Assembly (NCBI GenBank): GCA_963920595.1
Contig: OY986947.1
Span: 6,138,001-6,202,000 of the forward strand
DNA: 64,000 nt
DNA from: Eimeria praecox
Lineage: Eukaryota
Direction: 5' to 3'
The first letter of the stretch is position 1. The number at the start of each line of letters is the position of its first letter. A program made the position numbers and the translations under genes. The notes beneath the pieces were generated by a model, which worked only from the letters and a program-made list of their open reading frames with translations, did no database searches and had not been told where the DNA came from. This document shows positions 57,182 to 64,000 of the stretch, in pieces.

Positions 57182-57849
57182 ATGCAGTCAAGACTGTTTG
57201 GTGTTCGAGTATGAATAAGGTTTTAATTATTAGATGAAGATTGCGGTTAGAGCTGAAGGAGACAGAAAAAAGTAAAATAAATGAGGACCCTATAACGGGT
57301 TTAGGGTTTAGGGTTTAGGGTTTAGGGTTTAGGGTTATTTAGGGTTTAGTGTTTAGTGTTTAGGGTTTAGTTTTCAGGGTTTAGGGTTTAGTGTTTAGGG
57401 TTTAGTTTTCAGGGTTTAGGGTTTAGGGTTTAGGGTTTAGGGTTTAGGGTTTAGGTGTATCCTCGCCATTATATTTAGGGTTTAGGGTTTAGGGTTTAGG
57501 GTTTAGGGTTTAGGGCTTAGGGTTTAGGGTTTAGGGTTTAGGGTTTAGGGTTTAGGGTTTAGGGTATAATTAGTGCAACGTATCTTACAACTGATGTTCC
57601 AGAGTAACTTAACATGCTACCATAATCTCTCTCCCATATTTTTTTTTAATTTAATTTAATTAAATTAAATTAATTAATTTAATTGATTAAATTTTAGTTT
57701 ATTATTAATTTAAATTATAATCTAAATAATTAAATTTTTAATTTAATTATTTAGATTATAATTTAAATTAATTAATAAACTTACACTTGAGATGAGAAAG
57801 GAAGAAGATTACTATGTAAATTGTTCTATAGAAAATATATTTATAATTA

Positions 57850-58612
57850 TATGCATGCAACGTATATATACTAACATCCTACAAAATATTACATGCATGC
57901 ATATATATACATGCATGCATGCATGCATACATACAAAATATTACTTGCATGCATGCATGCATGCATGCATGCATGGCTTGAATATGCATGCATGCATGTA
58001 TATACATGCATGCATGCATGCATGCATATTCAAGCCCCATGCATATTTGAATATGCATGCATGCATGCATGTATATATATACATGCATGCATGCATGTAT
58101 GTATATATATATGCATGCATGCATGCATGCATGCATGCATATTCAAGCCCCATTCTAACATGAATATGCATGCATGTAAATACATGCATGTATGCATGCA
58201 TGCATGCATGCATGCATGCATGCATATTCAAGCCCCATGCATATTTGAATATGCATGCATGCATGCATGCATGCATATTCAAGCCCCATTCTAACATGAA
58301 TATGTTTGCATGCATGCATGCATGCACGCATATTCAAGCCCCATTCTAACATGAATATGTTTGCATGCATGCATGCATGCATGCATATTCAAGCCCCATT
58401 CTAACATGAATATGTTTGCATGCATGCATGCATGCATGCATGCATGCATATTCAAGCCCCATTCTAACATGAATATGTTTGCATGCATGCACGCATGCAT
58501 GCATGCATGCATGCATGCTTGTATACATACATGCATGCATGCATGCATGCATATTCAAGCCCCATTCGAATATTTGAATATGTTTGCATGCATGCATGCA
58601 TGCATGCATGCA
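57850..58612. repeat. (TGCA)n / TGCATGCA array with about 8 embedded CATATTCA-agcccca...-TGAATATG units
   Basis: gcatattcaagcccca at about 58024, 58137, 58222, 58273, 58328, 58383, 58446 and 58549, plus an inverted partial copy near 57972. Confidence 0.93.
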
Positions 58613-60523
58613 AGACGAGTTTGTATTATGGCTGAAGAACAATCTGCAACTTCTCTACATATAATTAATTAATTATTTATTATTATTAATTAAATACAAA
58701 ATATACAAAGCTAATAATATCTTATCGAGGCTGCTGCTGCTGCTATGCTGCTATGCTGCTGCTGCTATGCTGCTGCTGCTGCTATGCTGCTGCTGCTGCT
58801 GCTATGCTGCTATGCTGCTATGCTGCTGCTATGCTGCTGCTGCTGCTGCTATGCTATGCTGCTGCTGCTGCTATGCTGCTGCTGCTATGCTATGCTGCTG
58901 CTGCTGCTGCTATGCTGCTGCTGCTGCTATGCTGCTGCTGCTATGCTGCTGCTGCTGCTGCAGCAGCAACAGCAGCAGCAGCAGCTAGAGTGTTGTTTTT
59001 TCTGGTGTTGCAGCAGCAGTAAGACAACATAGCATACATAACCCTAAACCCTAAACCCTAAACCCTAAACTCTAACCCCTAACCCCTATATCTGTTTGTA
59101 ATATATGTGTTAAATTATGTTCTTGAATATAATTATATATATTTATATTTACTACAATCTCGTTACTTATATACATAAATATAAACAAACATTAGAAACA
59201 TATTTATTAAAGATATAATTAAATAAACTTAATATAAAACGTGAGAGACAAATTGTTTTCTATTTATATTACTAGAGTTTTTGTTTTATGGAAGGTTTTA
59301 ATAGATATATCTAGAGTAGACAGATATTTTATTTATTTATTATTTTATTTAGTTTATTTATTATATTTAGTATATTTAGTATATTTATTATATTTAGTAT
59401 ATTTATTATATTTATTATATTTATTATATTTAGTATATTTAGTATATTTAGTATATTTATTATATTTAGTATATTTAGTATATTTAGTATATTTATTATA
59501 TTTAGTATATTTATTATATTTATTATATTTATTATATTTATTATATTTATTATATTTATTATATTTAGTGTATTTATTATATTTATTATATTTATTATAT
59601 TTATTATATTTATTATATTTAGTATATTTATTATATTTATTATATTTATTATATTTATTATATTTATTATATTTATTATTTTTATTATATCTATTATTTT
59701 TATTATATCTATTACATATATTATACCTATTCTATCTATTCTATCTATTCTATCTATTCTATCTATTCTATCTATTCTATCTATTCTATCTATTATATCT
59801 ATTATATCTATTATACCTATTATATCTATTCTATTATTTATTCTATTTATTCTATTTATTCTATTTATTATATTTATTCTATTAATAATTATTTCATGTA
59901 ATTTTTATTGTTTATATTTAAACTCTAAACTTAATTGCTGTTATCTCGTTAAATGTTTTTATTTATAATAAAAATATTTTGATGCCACTCAAATAATATG
60001 TTTATAATTTAGAAAGTTTTATTAATTTTATTTTATTTTATTTTATTATTTTTATTAATTGTTGTTGCTGAAGTAGAATGATATTATCTTTAACTCTACT
60101 CTACTCCCTAGTATACTACTCTACTTGTAGTAGTGGTTGTTGTAGTATTAATAATAACAATAATAATAATAATAATAATAATAGTAATAATAATAATAAT
60201 AGTAGTAATAGTAGTAGTAGTAATAGTAGAAATAGTAGTAGTAGTAGTAATAGTAGAAATAGTAGTAATAGTAGAAATAGTAGTAGTAGTAGTGGTAGTA
60301 GTAGTAATACTAATAATAATAGTAGTAATAGTAGTAGTAGTAATAGTAATATTAATAGTAGTAGTATTAATAGTAGCAGTAATAGTAATATTAATAGTAG
60401 TAGTAATATTAATAGTAGTAGTAATATTAATAGTAGTAGGAATACTAATAATGGTAGTAATAGTAGTAGTAGTAGTAATAGTAGTAGTAGTAGTAATAGT
60501 AGTAGTAGTAGTAGTAGTAGTAA

Positions 60524-60570
<47 letters not shown>

Positions 60571-60875
60571 ATAGTAGAGTTAAACAGACTAGAACAGTGT
60601 AGAGAAGAGTAGAGAAGAGTAGAGTAGATATTTGTATATAGAATATAAAATATATTTAAATTAATAATATAATTATTAATATATTATGAATAAGAGTAGA
60701 GTAGAGAAGAGAGAAGAGAGAAGAGTAGAGTAGAGTAGAGTTTATCTCGTGGTATTAATGTTTTAATTTGTTTTATTAAATATTGCGTGTTTTAATTATT
60801 TGTTTCTCTCTGTCTTCTGTCTCTGTATATGTTTGTTGTTTAGAGGAATAGCAATTGCATTTATAATAATACAAT

Positions 60876-60911
<36 letters not shown>

Positions 60912-60966
60912 TATATCTTTTAAATATATTTATCTAAGGGTAGTAGATATATATATAGAAATTGAA

Positions 60967-61076
<110 letters not shown>

Positions 61077-61415
61077 GAGAGAAAGTAGAGAATATTTTGT
61101 GTGTATAAAGATGAATTATTTATATATTTTACTAAAATATATTTAATTATATTTATTTTGTTGAATATATAAAAAATATTTATTAGATTAGAAACAACAC
61201 ACATACACTACGGGGCTGGGGGGTGAGGGGCTTCAAGCATATAGGGCTTTTTGAGGTGTATGTGGTGCTGTTTTAAGGTATTAAATGTGTGTAATTTAGG
61301 ATAAAAAACATAAAATAAATATAAAAATATAATAATTAATTTATAAATAATAAATTAATTGCAAGAAATAGAGCAGCACTGCTTGATTTTCTCCTCCTTT
61401 ATTGAGTTGAAGAGG

Positions 61416-62250
61416 ATGGCTGCAGTTACCGCACCAAGTGAGTATATTATAATAAGAGCAAATTAAATTATAAATTATTATTTTAAATTAAAAATAAAAA
61501 GATTTATTTAATTATTTTATTTATATTATATCATTATTTATCAAACATTCCTTTCTTATGACGTTTAGGGTAGTATATATGTTATCCTTGCATGCAATTT
61601 GATGTTTTTATATATATATATCATTTTCTCTCTCTTTTCTTCTTTTAAATATATTTATATATATAAATATATATTTATCTCATTTCTATCGATTCTCTGA
61701 TGCATCTGCTTTCGAAAGAGGGATTTAAAACCCTACAGATCCTTCTCGCTTTTCTGTTGTTGTTGTTGTTGTTGTTTTACGGTGTACGTACACTGTAAAT
61801 TTGTTTTTTTTATATTTTATATACAACATATTAATGATTTCTTTTCTTTTGATAGATTGTTATAAATTATAATTATAAAATAATTAATAGAAATATATAA
61901 CGAGATATATATATATATATATAACAATCATTTATAACATAAAAATTGCAGGGAATCAATCATTCACAATGTGTGAGGTGTACGTACACCTGAAATCTTA
62001 AGTCCCCCCCCTTCTTCTATTATTTTATTACTTTTTTTAAATATATCTGTTATTCTCTCAGAAGCTGTTGCCCCTGTACAACTACCAGGCAGCAGCAGCA
62101 GCAACAGCAACAAAGCAAAATCAAACTGGCAGCACGATGAGAAGCAGCAAGACGTACGAAGACAGAATATATGTGCTGCGAGAGGTAGATATTTAATAAT
62201 TTATAATATTTTATATATATTTTTATATAGATATACGTGTAGATGTAGTG

Positions 62251-62299
<49 letters not shown>

Positions 62300-62475
62300 G
62301 CAGATATGTAGATATATTGTTATACGTATACAAATTATAATATTTTATAACCCATAATAAAATATATTTATATATTATTTTATAATGTAATTTATAATAT
62401 AGTGGAGAATGCATTGTATGTATGTATTGGATATTTGTATACGTATAACAATCTATCTATATATCTGCAGCTATA

Positions 62476-62513
<38 letters not shown>

Positions 62514-62529
62514 CAATACATTTGCATGT

Positions 62530-62578
<49 letters not shown>

Positions 62579-62619
62579 CGTATCTATATCTATACCAGTA
62601 TATCTATATGTATATCTGC

Positions 62620-62661
<42 letters not shown>

Positions 62662-63406
62662 CTGTTTGTTTATATCTATCTCTCTACTTGTAAGCTAACT
62701 TTGTAAGAGTGTACAGAGGGAGAAAATAAAAAGAAGATGAACGCGACTATGCGTTATCTGTTTATATTATATCTACATGTGTATGTATATGTTTATAAAT
62801 AAATAAATTAATTGCATCTATACATCCACCAATTAATTATATTTTATTATTTAATCTGTTGATATTCAAACATAAACAAAATCTGCGTTCGATTAATTGT
62901 ATGTAAATAGTAAAGAAATACGCATTACTGTGTTATTTGTATTTGAATAAACCAATATAATATAAAACAGAATATAAAATAACAAATAATAAACAATAAT
63001 AAAATAAAAATAAAATTAAATATATATATTTATCTTGTTTGTTTGTTTGTTTGTTTTCTTCTTCTTTCTCAGCTGTTGCAGATGCAATACGTACAAGTTT
63101 AGGACCGCGGGGTATGGACAAGATGGTAGGAAATCGAAAAAATAAAAAATTGATATTTTTTATTTAAATTATAAAAATATTAATCTATTTTAAATTTTAA
63201 TCATGAAAAATATATTTAAATTTTATTTTAATACAATTTAATACTGCTTTCCTTCAAAAAATAAACTATTTTATCTCGGTGTTATGCTGAGGTGTACGTA
63301 CACCCCATTTCTGCAGATACAAGATGCAAGAGGTTCTGTTCTCATCACTAATGATGGAGCCACAATCTTAGAACAAATTTCTGTCATGCATCCTGTTGCT
63401 AAAATG
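61416..63406 (+). CDS. CCT4: T-complex protein 1 subunit delta (CCT4), continues beyond window
   Basis: Exons 61416-61437 (MAAVTAP), 62062-62184 ([16 protein letters not shown]), 63073-63125 ([18 protein letters not shown]) and 63317-63406 ([30 protein letters not shown]). The [21 protein letters not shown] motif is typical of the delta subunit. Confidence 0.92.
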
Positions 63407-63439
63407 GTATTCTATAAACACTGTTAGGGCTGCTGCTGC

Positions 63440-63471
<32 letters not shown>

Positions 63472-63907
63472 TTGCTGCTGATGGTGATGCTGCTGCTGTT
63501 GCTGCTGCTGCTGTTGTTGCTGCTGCTATTGTTGCTGCTGTTGCTGCTGTTGCTGCTGTTGTTGCTGCTGTTGTTGCTGCTGCTGCTGTTGCTGCTGCTG
63601 TTGTTGCTGTTGCTGTTGTACTATGATTCGACATCATAGATCTGCACCCGCATAATATAATTAAAAAATATTTTAGTAAAAAAAAATGTAAACAAACAAT
63701 ATCAAATCCTTTATCAATAAATCGAATACTTAATTCAACAAAGTACATACACAACTAAATAAATAATTAAATAAATAATTAAACTCAACTCAACTAAACC
63801 AAACTAAACAAAATAAAATAAAACAATTAGAATAAATAACTACAAACATAACTAGTTTATATATATACACACACACACATATACATATATATATATATAT
63901 ATATCCA

Positions 63908-63950
<43 letters not shown>

Positions 63951-64000
63951 GTGTCTGTGTGTGTGTGTCTGAAAATATTAATCTAAAGATGGTGGAGTTA

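Noticed and set aside
60078..60612. Signal-peptide-like ORF with Asn/Ser tract
   Set aside because: It is almost entirely (AGT/AAT)n microsatellite, with no supporting exons or domain.

Overview
Repeat-rich, intron-rich eukaryotic DNA. It carries the Eimeria (coccidian apicomplexan) signature: pervasive CAG/CTG trinucleotide tracts, interstitial telomere-like TTTAGGG/CCCTAAA arrays and TGCATGCA arrays. Most of the supplied ORF track is microsatellite noise. Splicing by hand (GT-AG, phases checked) gives nine genes: coatomer beta (5' partial, +), condensin subunit 2/NCAPH-Barren (-), proteasome beta-2 (+), an ApiAP2-type factor (-), a probably apicoplast-targeted CPYC thioredoxin-like protein (-), mitochondrial HslV/ClpQ (+), two hypothetical proteins (+ and -), and CCT4/TCP-1 delta (3' partial, +). 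The most striking unexplained structure is intronic. In four unrelated genes the exon-intron junctions are repeatedly copied into the adjacent intron, giving about 29 decoy splice-junction copies, including one frame-preserving 54-nt candidate cassette exon and diverged copies of exon ends. Several introns have mutually complementary simple repeats at their two ends. A 14-bp dyad G[G/C]TGT-N4-ACA[C/G]C occurs about 19 times, inside and outside coding sequence. Gene identities rest on motif recognition from memory; no database search was run.
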